Assembly: GCA_027023445.1 (NCBI GenBank)
Contig: JALVVK010000127.1
Location: 10,615-74,614 of the forward strand
Source of the DNA: Deltaproteobacteria bacterium
GTDB taxonomy: Bacteria > Desulfobacterota > Dissulfuribacteria > Dissulfuribacterales > JALVPX01
Reading direction: 5' to 3'
Length of the DNA: 64,000 nt
The notes beneath the pieces are model-generated. The model was given only the letters and a program-made list of their open reading frames with translations, had not been told where the DNA came from and made no database searches. The position numbers and the translations under genes were made by a program. Positions 1 to 10,073 of the stretch are shown here, piece after piece. Each line of letters opens with the position of its first letter. Positions within the stretch are counted from its first letter, which is position 1.

Positions 1-771
1 ATAGAAGAAGTTGTGGTCATTGCCGTCGATGCTCTTTGCATCTATGAAGTCAGAGGAGTCAGACCCCAGAGCAAAGGAGTAATTTAACTCAGGAGTAATG
101 GTGATATATTTTGCCACGGGGAAGGTGCTGGATACTGACAGTACGCAGTTGTGGAAATCATTCAGCTTCTCGTTGGGATTGCTGGGCTGATAAAAGGCAC
201 CTACATCGTCGGACAAGAAATAACTCACTTCAGCTCCCAGATTGAGAGTTATGTCATTGTTGACAGGAAGTGAATGAGACACGTCAAAGGTGAAATACCA
301 GTAAGGGGTATGCCAGATTTCCCTGTACGCTGTGAGCGTAGGATTCAAAAGGGTGTTCACCTTGGCGCGGACGAAAAGCTCCTGAGAATCTTCGTTGAAG
401 GGCGCCACGTCTTGGAAATTAAAATAGGTATAACCTGCGGTCAGGTCTGCCATCTCAATGGAATGAGTGTAGGACACAGTCGTTTCAGTCCTTGACCAGT
501 TGTTTATTGCGTCAACATTCGGATTGGTATCAAGATCCCCACGCATCTCGGCCTTGAAGCCCATATATTCAACTTCCATTTTCGGTTCAATTATCACGCT
601 GTCCTGGCTCATTTCAAACCCACGCCAGATCTGCTGGCTGAGGACACCCACCGAAAGATTCGCTGTGGGTCTTTCCTCTGCAGCAGCCGCCCATGCGGTA
701 ACGCTCAACATGCAGCATACGAGGGCAAGCATAACTACCTTGATACTTTTGCCTTTAAGTGCCTTTACCAT
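1..771 (-). CDS. Outer-membrane beta-barrel porin-like protein (TorF/Gcw_chp-like); 3' end lies outside the window
   Basis: Manual minus-strand translation. ATG at 771-769 follows a GGGAGG (complement of 780-785). The frame stays open for all 257 codons down to base 1, so the ORF is missing from the supplied track. N-terminus MVKALKGKSIKVVMLALVCCMLSVTAWAAAA looks like a signal peptide. It is followed by LSVGVLSQQIWRGF and alternating aromatic beta-strand-like segments. Confidence 0.55.
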   Translation of the reverse strand, partial: MVKALKGKSIKVVMLALVCCMLSVTAWAAAAEERPTANLSVGVLSQQIWRGFEMSQDSVIIEPKMEVEYMGFKAEMRGDLDTNPNVDAINNWSRTETTVSYTHSIEMADLTAGYTYFNFQDVAPFNEDSQELFVRAKVNTLLNPTLTAYREIWHTPYWYFTFDVSHSLPVNNDITLNLGAEVSYFLSDDVGAFYQPSNPNEKLNDFHNCVLSVSSTFPVAKYITITPELNYSFALGSDSSDFIDAKSIDGNDHNFFY

Positions 772-1178
772 GACTAGTACCTCCCTTTATTTTTGTTTTT
801 TCTATGTGTTGCGGCCTCGACCACATTTCCCATGTCTTCGGCCAAAACCTTGATACAATTTTGTACATCGACATCTAAAAAAATGCAAACAATAATTGTG
901 AATTTCTGTTCATAAAATTCGTATGTGCCTTAACAGGATTATCGGTTATAAGACTCATATTCAATAATCCTAAACCAAAATGGCAAACATTACCTTGTCG
1001 GAAGTACAATATGATTCTTTTTTTGGGCGATGCAAGCAAAATATTAAGGTCGCGTGATAACTTTTCAGGCCAGGTTTGTTCCTGTTTGTGGCATGCCTCC
1101 TTGACTGGTCAATGGTAGTAAACTAAAAACAAGGGTCTGTAGAAATAAGGTTGTAATTTTCCGGGAGGAACAAGGACC

Positions 1179-2666
1179 TTGAGCGAAGAAAGTCAGGTTA
1201 TTTTACAAAGAAAACAGAAGGCCGAGGAACTGGAGAGGGAAGGGATTGCCCTGTACCCCAATGATATAGGGAACCTGGAAAAGGCCGGGGCGATCAAGAG
1301 GGTATACGACGGATACGATCAGGCGGCCCTGGAGAAGGTTCCCCATGTTTTTCATCTGGCAGGCAGGATTATGTCTCTCAGGAGGTTTGGCAAGGCGGCC
1401 TTCCTTCACATAGAAGACAGTACCGGGCGGATACAATTGCACGTGAGGCGTGATCAGATAGGTCCGGAGGCCTACAGGCTGTTCAAAAAATACGATATAG
1501 GCGACATTATCGAGGCCAGAGGTACCCTTTTCAAGACAAAGACAGGGGAACTTACCCTCTCGGTAAACACGATGCGCCTGGTGACCAAGTCAATGAGGCC
1601 GTTGCCCGAAAAGTATCACGGCATCAAGGACAAGGAACTGAGATACCGCCAGAGGTACATGGATCTTCTCATGAATCCCGGGGTCAGGGATGTCTTCAGA
1701 ACCAGATCTAAAATTATCCAGATGATGCGGCAGTATTTTACCTCCAATGGTTTTCTTGAGGTAGAAACGCCAATGATGCAGCCCATTGTGGGTGGAGCGA
1801 CGGCAAAACCATTTGCCACCTATCATAATGCCCTGGATATGAACCTTTTCCTTCGTATCGCGCCGGAGCTGTATCTTAAACGTCTGCTCGTGGGTGGTTT
1901 TGACCGTGTATTTGAATTGAACCGTAATTTCAGGAACGAAGGAATTTCAACTCAGCACAATCCTGAGTTTACCATGCTGGAGTTCTATGAGGCCTATGCC
2001 AATTACGAAGACCTCATGGTCAGGACAGAGGAGTTGTTCGCCCAGATTGCAAGGGATGTAAAGGGCGGCCACGTATTTACTTACCAGGGCCAGGAGGTGG
2101 ACCTTACGCCTCCATGGCGCAGGATGACCCTGGAAGAGGCCCTGGTGGAGGTCGGGGGGATTGGCAGGGAGGAACTTCACGGAGACCCGGCTTCGCTTAT
2201 GCAGAGGCTTGAAGACCTTGGCGCGCCGGTAAAGGGTAATGAGCCTGTTGGTAAATACTGGACCAAGCTTTTTGACCTCCTGGTAGAGCCCAGGCTCATA
2301 CAGCCTACCTTTATCACCCATTATCCGGTAGACGTATCTCCCCTTGCCAGGAAAAACATGAAAGATCCCGGTGTTACGGACAGGTTTGAACTGTTTATTA
2401 CCGGCCGGGAGATCGCCAACGCCTTTTCGGAGTTAAATGATCCCCGTGATCAAAAAAGACGCTTTGAGGAGCAGATAGCCAAAAGGGGGGATGATGAAGA
2501 GATTCCTCCGGAAATGGACAGGGATTATGTCCGCGCCCTTGAGGTGGGTATGCCGCCTGCTGCGGGTGAGGGTATTGGTATTGACAGGGTGGTTATGCTT
2601 TTTACTGATTCCCCTTCCATCAGGGACGTGATACTTTTCCCGCTTCTCCGTGCCAGGGGGGAATAG
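1179..2666 (+). CDS. lysS: Lysine--tRNA ligase, class II
   Basis: 495 aa. The OB-fold N-terminus and class II motifs (FRNEG, GLGIDR-like GIGIDRVVML) are typical of LysS. TTG start follows GGGAGG at 1163-1168. Confidence 0.93.
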   Translation: MSEESQVILQRKQKAEELEREGIALYPNDIGNLEKAGAIKRVYDGYDQAALEKVPHVFHLAGRIMSLRRFGKAAFLHIEDSTGRIQLHVRRDQIGPEAYRLFKKYDIGDIIEARGTLFKTKTGELTLSVNTMRLVTKSMRPLPEKYHGIKDKELRYRQRYMDLLMNPGVRDVFRTRSKIIQMMRQYFTSNGFLEVETPMMQPIVGGATAKPFATYHNALDMNLFLRIAPELYLKRLLVGGFDRVFELNRNFRNEGISTQHNPEFTMLEFYEAYANYEDLMVRTEELFAQIARDVKGGHVFTYQGQEVDLTPPWRRMTLEEALVEVGGIGREELHGDPASLMQRLEDLGAPVKGNEPVGKYWTKLFDLLVEPRLIQPTFITHYPVDVSPLARKNMKDPGVTDRFELFITGREIANAFSELNDPRDQKRRFEEQIAKRGDDEEIPPEMDRDYVRALEVGMPPAAGEGIGIDRVVMLFTDSPSIRDVILFPLLRARGE

Positions 2667-2723
2667 TCCCCTGGGCCGGCCATCAATATGGGCTGGTCAT
2701 TAATATAAAAGGAAACCTCTTCT

Positions 2724-4022
2724 ATGTCCTTTGAATGGTTCGTTGCCCTGAGATATCTCAGGGCCGGGCGCAAGCAGGCCTTCATTTCCCTGATTACCTG
2801 TATCTCCATTCTGGGAGTGGCAGTGGGGGTCATGGCCCTTATTGTGGTGATAGCGGTTATGGCAGGTTTCCAGGACCACCTGCGCACCAAGATCCTTGGG
2901 ATCAATTCTCATATCCTGGTCAGGCATTACTACGGCCCGTTTGATAATCCCGATAAAATCGGCAAAAAGATCATGTCCGTGAGGGTGAAACGCCCTGGCG
3001 TCCTGGGAAATTTTCTAAATGACGTTCTGGGGGAAAAAGATGGTGTCCATGTCACCGCGTTGACCCCTTTTGTTAATATTCAGGCATTATTGAGTTCAGG
3101 GACAAGGGTCAGCGGAGCTGTGATAAGGGGCGTTGATCCGGATACGGTGACAAAGGTTATCAACATTGGAGATATTATAGACGGAGAGGGCATAAGCGCG
3201 CTCAAAAAATATGGTAAGAATGGCAGACGGATACCGGGTATTATCCTTGGCAAGGAGATGGCCCGAACATTAGGGGTATCCGTCGGACAGAGCATTCATG
3301 TGGTGCTACCCTCAGGGACCATCAGCCCGGTGGGCATGCTTCCCAAAATTCGACCATTCAGGGTAATAGGAATCACAACCACGGGTGTTTATGAATACGA
3401 CGCCTCTTTTGCGTTTATCTCTATCCACGCCGCCCAGAAGCTGCTCGGCATAGGGAACAGGGTACAGGGTTTTGAGCTCAAGGTTTCTGACATCTACGCG
3501 GCAGACAGGCTGAGCCAGGCCATTCAGAAGGCCCTTGGCTTTCCCTTTTGGACTATCGACTGGCAGCACATGAGCAGGAATCTTTTTTCCGCCCTTAAAC
3601 TCGAAAAGTTAGCCATGTTTATCGTTCTCACCCTTATCGTCCTGGTGGCGGCCTTTAATATTATCAGCACCCTTATCATGATGGTCATGGAGAAAAAACA
3701 GGATATCGCAATACTGAAGGCCCTGGGGGCATCTGACCGGAAAATCCTGAGAATTTTTATGTACAACGGCATCACCATCGGGCTTATAGGCACCCTTATG
3801 GGCACTGTGGGCGGTATCGGTCTATGCTGGGCGCTCAGCCGTTACAAATTTATAAAAATCCCTGCCGATGTATATTACACCAGTACTCTTCCCATCCTTT
3901 TGCATACCAGTGATGTGCTTGCCATATCAATAAGCACGATGATTATATGTTTTTGCGCCACAATCTACCCTGCGAGACAGGCCGCAAAGATCAATCCTTC
4001 AGAGGCATTGCGAAACAGTTGA
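2724..4022 (+). CDS. Lipoprotein-releasing system permease (LolC/LolE family, FtsX-like)
   Basis: 432 aa. N-terminus MSFEWFVALRYLRAGRKQAFIS is the LolC/E signature. It has a large periplasmic loop and a C-terminal FtsX-type 3-TM bundle. No lolD ATPase gene follows. Confidence 0.85.
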   Translation: MSFEWFVALRYLRAGRKQAFISLITCISILGVAVGVMALIVVIAVMAGFQDHLRTKILGINSHILVRHYYGPFDNPDKIGKKIMSVRVKRPGVLGNFLNDVLGEKDGVHVTALTPFVNIQALLSSGTRVSGAVIRGVDPDTVTKVINIGDIIDGEGISALKKYGKNGRRIPGIILGKEMARTLGVSVGQSIHVVLPSGTISPVGMLPKIRPFRVIGITTTGVYEYDASFAFISIHAAQKLLGIGNRVQGFELKVSDIYAADRLSQAIQKALGFPFWTIDWQHMSRNLFSALKLEKLAMFIVLTLIVLVAAFNIISTLIMMVMEKKQDIAILKALGASDRKILRIFMYNGITIGLIGTLMGTVGGIGLCWALSRYKFIKIPADVYYTSTLPILLHTSDVLAISISTMIICFCATIYPARQAAKINPSEALRNS

Positions 4023-4057
4023 TTGAAAAATCCTGTTCACCCGGATTATGAGGGATT

Positions 4058-5146
4058 CTATTTATTGGCACCTGAAGTACGCGATCCTGGATTAAGGACC
4101 TGTTTCTTAGATTTCCAGACACTGTCAGGGTGGTTGAGTACACGGAGGATCTTGCCGCGCACCCTGAATATGATCCCTCTTTCATCCCTTATCCATCCAC
4201 AGGACTGTTTTTGATCCCACCGCCCCACATGAAGGAGCTTCATGCCTCGTCCCTTGAGGTGCACGGTAAGGCGACCGTACTGGTCCCCAGGACCCAGCCC
4301 GATTTTTCCAGCCTTTGCCACCGGGACAATTTTTTCGGCCTCAAGGGGGAACAGGACTGAAAGCAATTTTTGGGCGTCCGCATCCTTTTTATGAGAGACG
4401 TTGCCATCAAAGGTTAAGATCCAGTCTGTTCCACTGTTTCCCGAAATTTTCCCTGTGGTCTTGCCTTCCTTATCCGCTTTTTTTGACAAGGCCTCGCTGT
4501 TTTGCACCAGGCTCCATTCCAGAGAGCCCCTGGAATAAGAAATGCCTTCGATCTCTTCCGGGCCCTGGCTTATTACGGTAAGATCGACCCATGGAGCCGC
4601 CTCGGGATTTCTTTTGGGGATTAAATTCCAGATATCAAACAGACCAAGAAGGTTTCTGGAAACGAGATACACGGTGTCATCCTGGTTTCTCCTTACGAAA
4701 CATGAATCCCAGCGGGGGCCCCTCTTGCCCGCAAGAAGATGCGCCAGTTCCTTTCCGTTGCGTTTGAACAGCAAGTGAAGGGCCTCGCTGTCCTTGAGGT
4801 GGAAGGTTTCAAGAATGTCTTTTCCGCTCGCGCGTTTTTCCCCCTGCAGGTTGCTTATCTGGAACAGCAGTCTCCTCACTTTTTGTACCTTTGCCGGGGC
4901 GGGATATGTAGTGCTGTTTCCAGAGAGATAAACCCACCACCCCTTGTCGTTTTTTTTGATATGCAGGGCGTTTTTGGTCTGGGCCTTTCCGGTCCAGACC
5001 AAAATTTCTTCTGCGGATTGAACAGAGGGACAGAGCCGGGAATAAAAATCTTCGTCGTGGACCCTGGCGGGCCTTTGTTGATAGATATAGATCCCCGCAA
5101 GGATTAACAGAGTTGAGGCCAATATGAAAAGATAGCTTTTTTTCAT
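4058..5146 (-). CDS. DUF4340-like membrane-anchored protein of the GldG-type ABC exporter operon
   Basis: ATG at 5146 has a GGAGGT about 5 nt upstream; the track ORF starts earlier, at 5233. It has a single N-terminal TM (MKKSYLFILASTLLILAGIYIY). Its position directly after a GldG-like gene is the usual DUF4340 context. The family call is by context and architecture only. Confidence 0.55.
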   Translation of the reverse strand: MKKSYLFILASTLLILAGIYIYQQRPARVHDEDFYSRLCPSVQSAEEILVWTGKAQTKNALHIKKNDKGWWVYLSGNSTTYPAPAKVQKVRRLLFQISNLQGEKRASGKDILETFHLKDSEALHLLFKRNGKELAHLLAGKRGPRWDSCFVRRNQDDTVYLVSRNLLGLFDIWNLIPKRNPEAAPWVDLTVISQGPEEIEGISYSRGSLEWSLVQNSEALSKKADKEGKTTGKISGNSGTDWILTFDGNVSHKKDADAQKLLSVLFPLEAEKIVPVAKAGKIGLGPGDQYGRLTVHLKGRGMKLLHVGRWDQKQSCGWIRDERGIIFRVRGKILRVLNHPDSVWKSKKQVLNPGSRTSGANK

Positions 5147-5157
5147 TTTTACCTCCG

Positions 5158-7620
5158 TTATCCCGTGATAAACACGCAGTTTATCCTTGCCTTTTTCCGT
5201 TTCAATGCCCGGATAATACCGTATGCCATCCACAAAGAAGGTACAAGGAATATGACTATCGCGCGCCAGAATATCCGGGCCTGTGCCGACACCGGAGGTA
5301 TGAACCTCTGAATCTGGGTCTTGGATCTGACGTGAATAAGGTCATTACCCAGGGCCAGGGCGTCCACGCAGTTAAGTGCCAGGGTGGTGTTGTCCATGGC
5401 GTCTATGGCCGTATCAGTGAACATTTCCGAGCAACCGATTACAATCAGTTTGCCGCTTTTGGGCCTGGCAATTGATTGTTGCCCGGTTTCAGCCGTTTTA
5501 GCCTGATCTGCGCCAGTTTTTTCCCCTTTCTTTTTCTTTCCAGATGAAGGCCATGGCGGCACGGGCTTCCCCTCAAACGGATCGGGGAATATCCCCTCCA
5601 CGTACAGGGCAAGTGGCCTTGCTCCCATCTTGTCCCTCCCCGGCGGGATAAAGTCCTGTTGGGAAAGGTTTCCCGGATGATAAGGTACCTCCCAGCTTGC
5701 GGGGCTGGATTTGAACAGGGTTGTGACCTTAATGCCAAGTTTATTTATCTTTTTGTGGTCTTGCCTGAGTGCAGAGCCCCATAGATAAAGCAGGCCCTGG
5801 ACCCTGTTGGTCACGGAAAAATCCTGATTCATCTGGTCAGAGAGAACCTGTATCTGCATTGGATAGTTTACCGGGGTCTGAACCATGGCAGTGAACATGC
5901 CCATGCGCTGAGTGCTTGTTATCCGGAGCGGAATGTGCCGTTGGTCAAAAAGCATATCTTTGCTTATCTTCAGTCCGAGAGGCGATATAAGCCGGTTTAC
6001 TTGGTCTATGGGGACCTGCCGCGGGGTTACAGTGATTCCTCCCTCTGAATCCTCATTATATGCGTACTTCAGGGCCTGGGCGGCCAGTATGACAGATCCT
6101 CCCGACCTCAAAAAACGATATATCTCATAGCGCTGCCGCTCATTCAGCCTCTCAGGGGACAGGATAAAAAGCAGGCTTGTGTCCTTGGGAAGGGGATGAT
6201 TCTTATCAATGCCCCGCCTTACCACCTGGTACCCTTCACCATTTAATATCTGAATCAGCGTCTGGTAGTCATAGGAAGGCGGTACAGCGCGCCCCATCTG
6301 CTGCAAAAACATCAGAGTTTGAGGATTGAGTTCACGGTGGGGCGCCCAGATTACCACCTTTGGTTTGTGGTCCAGGATAAGGCGATATATCTTTGAGGCA
6401 AGTTCGTATTCCAGGTTACCCAGGGACTCCGGTACTACCTGGGGTACGATCTCCTCCTTTTTATCCAGATAGGCCAGAGAAATGGATGAATAAATCCGTT
6501 TTATATTGACCGTGTCCTGTTCGATGGTCTGGGCGCTGAAGGGAACGATACCCTTCTTTTGAAGATCCGGGATTTTATCCGGTATCTTCATCGGGTCCAC
6601 CACCCTGAAAATGAATTTGGGAGACAAACGTGCCAGTTCTTCCATAATATCTTTTACATCCCGTGCTATATCCTTCATGGGAGTGGGCAGCCGATCCCTG
6701 GAGGTAACATAATAGGTGACAATTATCGGGGCCTTGAGTTTTTTAAGGATCCTTTTTGTGCCGGCGGATATGGTATATAATTTTTCCTGAGTGAGGTCCG
6801 CCTTCGGGAGGGATATGTTGCGGACAACGCCATTTACCAGCAAGGTAATGCCAATAAGGAGGGCGATACCCAGGCCTCCCCCCTTTGTTCTGCGCATCTT
6901 CAGCCGGCCTTCCAGGATAAATATATTTATGGCGAGAAACAGGATCGTGTAACTGAGGAAAAACAGGACATCCCCTGTATCAATAACTCCCTTTGCAAAG
7001 GAATTAAAATGGGAGGGGATGCCAACCGTGTCTTTCAGAAAGGTGCCGAACCCGGGCAGCCACCCGTCGATAAGGGATGGAGTAAAGTCCGTACCGAACA
7101 GGTAGCAGGCAAATCCGATTACGAGAGACAGGATAAACGCTACGATCTGGTCTGTGAAAAGGGCGGAAACCGCCATCCCCAGGGCCAGAAGTTCCGCGGT
7201 AAGTAACGTGATTCCCAGGTATCCACCCAGGATGGGGCCGGGGTCCGGGTTACCCAGGAATGCCAGCATTAATGGTATTGTCAAAGTACCCAGGGTAACC
7301 AGTATGGAGAATAGAAAGGCTGCCAGGAATTTCCCCAGGCATAATTCAGCGCTGCCCGCAGGCAGGCTGAAAAGCAGGGCCAATGTGCCGTTTTTCCTCT
7401 CCTCTGCCCACAGTCTCATGGTAAGCGCCGGTATAAACACGATAAGTATGAGGGGCACAGTGGAAAAGAAGCTTCTCATGCTGCACAGGCCGGAGAGAAA
7501 AAAGGTGGCCATGTATGTGCCACATGCCACAAGCAGAAAAACCACTGAAAACACGTAGGCCACGGGGGCGTTAAAATAGGCGGATATCTCCCTGCGGGCG
7601 ACAGTAATAATGTTTTTCAT
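5158..7620 (-). CDS. Fused ABC-2 type permease (GldF-like) plus GldG-like auxiliary domain
   Basis: 820 aa. The N-terminal ~240 aa are polytopic (MKNIITVARREISAYFNAPVAYVF..., typical ABC-2 permease start). The remaining ~570 aa form a large soluble GldG-like region that ends in a TM helix. Confidence 0.7.
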   Translation of the reverse strand: MKNIITVARREISAYFNAPVAYVFSVVFLLVACGTYMATFFLSGLCSMRSFFSTVPLILIVFIPALTMRLWAEERKNGTLALLFSLPAGSAELCLGKFLAAFLFSILVTLGTLTIPLMLAFLGNPDPGPILGGYLGITLLTAELLALGMAVSALFTDQIVAFILSLVIGFACYLFGTDFTPSLIDGWLPGFGTFLKDTVGIPSHFNSFAKGVIDTGDVLFFLSYTILFLAINIFILEGRLKMRRTKGGGLGIALLIGITLLVNGVVRNISLPKADLTQEKLYTISAGTKRILKKLKAPIIVTYYVTSRDRLPTPMKDIARDVKDIMEELARLSPKFIFRVVDPMKIPDKIPDLQKKGIVPFSAQTIEQDTVNIKRIYSSISLAYLDKKEEIVPQVVPESLGNLEYELASKIYRLILDHKPKVVIWAPHRELNPQTLMFLQQMGRAVPPSYDYQTLIQILNGEGYQVVRRGIDKNHPLPKDTSLLFILSPERLNERQRYEIYRFLRSGGSVILAAQALKYAYNEDSEGGITVTPRQVPIDQVNRLISPLGLKISKDMLFDQRHIPLRITSTQRMGMFTAMVQTPVNYPMQIQVLSDQMNQDFSVTNRVQGLLYLWGSALRQDHKKINKLGIKVTTLFKSSPASWEVPYHPGNLSQQDFIPPGRDKMGARPLALYVEGIFPDPFEGKPVPPWPSSGKKKKGEKTGADQAKTAETGQQSIARPKSGKLIVIGCSEMFTDTAIDAMDNTTLALNCVDALALGNDLIHVRSKTQIQRFIPPVSAQARIFWRAIVIFLVPSLWMAYGIIRALKRKKARINCVFITG

Positions 7621-7643
7621 GATGGATTCTCCCCAGTAGAATT

Positions 7644-8603
7644 CTATGAGAGTGAATCGTTATCACTGTTTTCCCGTTTACTTATCAGTGACATGAATAC
7701 CTCTTCCAGGTTTTCAGGCTCCGGGTAAAGCTCTTTTACCAGGATGTCTTTCCCCTTGAGCATCACTGCCAGGGAATCCAGGATTCCGGCCTTTTTGTTT
7801 CCTTCAATCCTGTAACCTCGACAGCCGACCTCAGATATCTCAAGGTGATGGACCATGTTTACGCCGGGAAGTTTTTTCAGCTCCTGGCCGATATCAGTTT
7901 CAGATTTGATGAGAAGCCTTATGGAATCATGGCGTTTAACCTGGTCTGACAGGTCGGCCAGCCTTCCCTGTGCCCGGAGCCTGCCGTTGTTGATTACCAG
8001 AATCCGGTCGCTTACGGCTGTAATCTCCTGGAGTATGTGGGTACTGAAAAGAACGGCCTTTTCACGGGAGAGAGTCCTGACCAGGGACCTTATTTCCATA
8101 ATCTGCAGCGGGTCGAGCCCGGAGGTGGGTTCGTCGAGAATCAGTACCGGAGGGTCGTGTATAAGGGCCTGGGCCAGACCTGCCCGTTGTCTATAGCCCT
8201 TGGAAAGTTCACGCAGCGGGCGGCACCACATCTTCTGCAGACCACAGTTACATGCCACCCATTCAAGCCTGTTCTTAAGGAGAGAGCCGCTGAGGCCTCT
8301 CGCCCTGCCGACAAAATCGAGGTATTCCCTGACCTCCATTTCGTCGTAAAGCGGCGCCTGTTCAGGAAGATAGCCAAGGGATGCCCTGACTTCGGAGGAA
8401 TTTGCTGTTACGTCAAAACCTGCCACCCTTGCCGTGCCACCTGATGGAACTATCTGGGTGGCAAGTATTTTCATTATGGTGGTTTTGCCAGCTCCATTGG
8501 GGCCAAGGAGTCCGACCACCTCTCCACGGGTTACAGAAAAGCTTACCTTATCAAGTGCCACCGTATTGCCATAGAGCATGCAAAGATCATGTGCCTCGAT
8601 CAT
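7644..8603 (-). CDS. ABC transporter ATP-binding protein (GldA-like)
   Basis: Walker A GPNGAGKTT, signature LSKGYRQR and Walker B LILDEPTSGLD. I prefer the ATG at 8603, which follows GGGAGGAAG; the track ORF starts at 8651. Confidence 0.9.
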   Translation of the reverse strand: MIEAHDLCMLYGNTVALDKVSFSVTRGEVVGLLGPNGAGKTTIMKILATQIVPSGGTARVAGFDVTANSSEVRASLGYLPEQAPLYDEMEVREYLDFVGRARGLSGSLLKNRLEWVACNCGLQKMWCRPLRELSKGYRQRAGLAQALIHDPPVLILDEPTSGLDPLQIMEIRSLVRTLSREKAVLFSTHILQEITAVSDRILVINNGRLRAQGRLADLSDQVKRHDSIRLLIKSETDIGQELKKLPGVNMVHHLEISEVGCRGYRIEGNKKAGILDSLAVMLKGKDILVKELYPEPENLEEVFMSLISKRENSDNDSLS

Positions 8604-8884
8604 TGACTTCCTCCCTGACGGATGTGAAAGCAGCGGGATGCTGCGGCTCATGAGCCTCGGGCATCAATATGGTGGTGGACCGTGGCTGGTTTCTGACCGG
8701 TGAAAAAATAAACCCGCAGGGGGAAAGGGTCAAGGGGGGCATATATGCCGCATTCCCTGGGACTGATCCAATAACCTGTTTTACTGGTTAATGCTTAACA
8801 TACAGGCCTGGTTTTGATATGATGCCATGAAGGTGGCTTAGGTTCCCATGGTCAGAAAACGCGGTGTTTATAGAGGTATTTTAA

Positions 8885-9331
8885 ATGACTGATAAATGTG
8901 AAATGCCGGATTATGTTCCTCCTTCTGCCCGCATACGGGAAATACTTAAAAAATATAAAAGGATTGCCATTGTAGGGCTGTCCCACAAACCGCACAGGGA
9001 TTCTTTTAAGGTTGCTGAATATCTTCTGGATCATGGATACGATATAATCCCGGTCAATCCAAACAGGACGGAGATACTTGGTAAAAAATCCTATCCTGAT
9101 CTGGCCTCCATCCCTAAGCCTCCAGAGATAGTAGATATCTTCCGAAGACCCGATGCTATACCAGCCATTGTGGATGAGGCAATAAACGCAGGGGCCAAGG
9201 TGATATGGATGCAACTTGGTCTTGCAAACAGAGAGGCCGCGCAAAAGGCTCGAAATGCCGGCCTTGAGGTAGTGCAGTCGAGATGTATCAAAATAGAACA
9301 TGAGGCCATGGAAAAAAATTTCAGGGGGTAA
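8885..9331 (+). CDS. CoA-binding domain protein (YccU/YneT-like)
   Basis: 148 aa. KRIAIVGLSHKPHRDSFKV...GYDIIPVNP matches the CoA-binding Rossmann pattern. Confidence 0.75.
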   Translation: MTDKCEMPDYVPPSARIREILKKYKRIAIVGLSHKPHRDSFKVAEYLLDHGYDIIPVNPNRTEILGKKSYPDLASIPKPPEIVDIFRRPDAIPAIVDEAINAGAKVIWMQLGLANREAAQKARNAGLEVVQSRCIKIEHEAMEKNFRG

Positions 9332-9430
9332 ACTATTTTTTAACACGGGTTAATATCTTGACTTGGGGACGAAAACATGGTATCGGACCCAGGCTGATGT
9401 TTTGTTAGATCTGTTCTGGATCATCTCGGT

Positions 9431-9507
9431 CGGGACGTGGCGCAGTCTGGAAGCGCACCTGAATGGGGTTCAGGGGGCCGGAGGTTCAAATCCTCTCGTC
9501 CCGACCA
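9431..9507 (+). tRNA. tRNA-Pro (anticodon GGG)
   Basis: Hand-folded cloverleaf. Acceptor CGGGACG/CGTCCCG, D stem GCGC/GCGC, anticodon stem CCTGA/TCAGG with loop AT-GGG-GT, T stem GGAGG/CCTCT, loop TTCAAAT, encoded CCA. Confidence 0.9.
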
Positions 9508-9614
9508 ACTTACTTCCTGTAGTAAATCCGGTGGATGGACGTTTGGTGGTTTCATGTTCTGAGGCTCAGGACATCACGGAATTTTTATTGATTTCGGAAA
9601 AAGGAGGGTCCGCA

Positions 9615-10073
9615 ATGGCCTTGGGCCTTGTAAACGCCTCAAAGGCGATTGAACAGGTTAGGCGGCCCGGTGACGAGGCTTCAACAGCCGTCCAGGTATC
9701 CTGTGGAATGGGCTTTCATCTACTGGTAGAGATGTGGCAGTCCCCGTTCCCAACCCTGGCGGATGCGAATATAATTGAACAGGCCCTTGGGCGTGCCGGA
9801 AAGAATAACAGAGACATGGATGAGGTGTCCGACGCACAGGTCCGGGTACATCAATTCAGCCCGTATGGCGTGTCCGGAACGGCAAGCAGCCCATCCACAC
9901 AGATCCTCATACACACCTGGCCTGAAAACAAGTATGCTGCTGTGGATATCTATGCCCGGGGCAGGGAAAGCGCCTATCAGGTGCTTGAGCAGATGAAACG
10001 GGATCTTAAACCCGGCGCGGTAAATGTTCTTGAGATTCAGCGCGGCAATCTTCTGGATATGGAGGACACTTGA
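9615..10073 (+). CDS. S-adenosylmethionine decarboxylase (SpeH/class 1)-like protein lacking the canonical processing Ser and catalytic Cys
   Basis: ATG 9615 follows AAGGAGGG (9601-9608). Contains FSPYGVSG...ILIHTWPENKYAAVDIY, the SpeH core. The track ORF 9363..10073 runs through the tRNA and is an artefact upstream of 9615. Confidence 0.7.
   Translation: MALGLVNASKAIEQVRRPGDEASTAVQVSCGMGFHLLVEMWQSPFPTLADANIIEQALGRAGKNNRDMDEVSDAQVRVHQFSPYGVSGTASSPSTQILIHTWPENKYAAVDIYARGRESAYQVLEQMKRDLKPGAVNVLEIQRGNLLDMEDT

Noticed and set aside
2724-4022. lolC/E permease without an adjacent lolD, considered as evidence of an operon rearrangement.
   Set aside because: lolD may simply be encoded elsewhere. 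Nothing in the sequence, such as a remnant or a scar, supports a deletion. Only a family A half-site at 4039-4053 lies in the 35-nt convergent spacer.
9431-9507. tRNA-Pro considered as an integration site for a genomic island.
   Set aside because: There is no integrase, no direct repeat of the tRNA 3' end and no phage or plasmid genes downstream. The next genes are speH-like and speE.
9363-9614. N-terminal 84 codons of track ORF 9363-10073.
   Set aside because: This part of the ORF reads straight through tRNA-Pro (9431-9507). A strong RBS and ATG at 9615 begin the SpeH-like homology.
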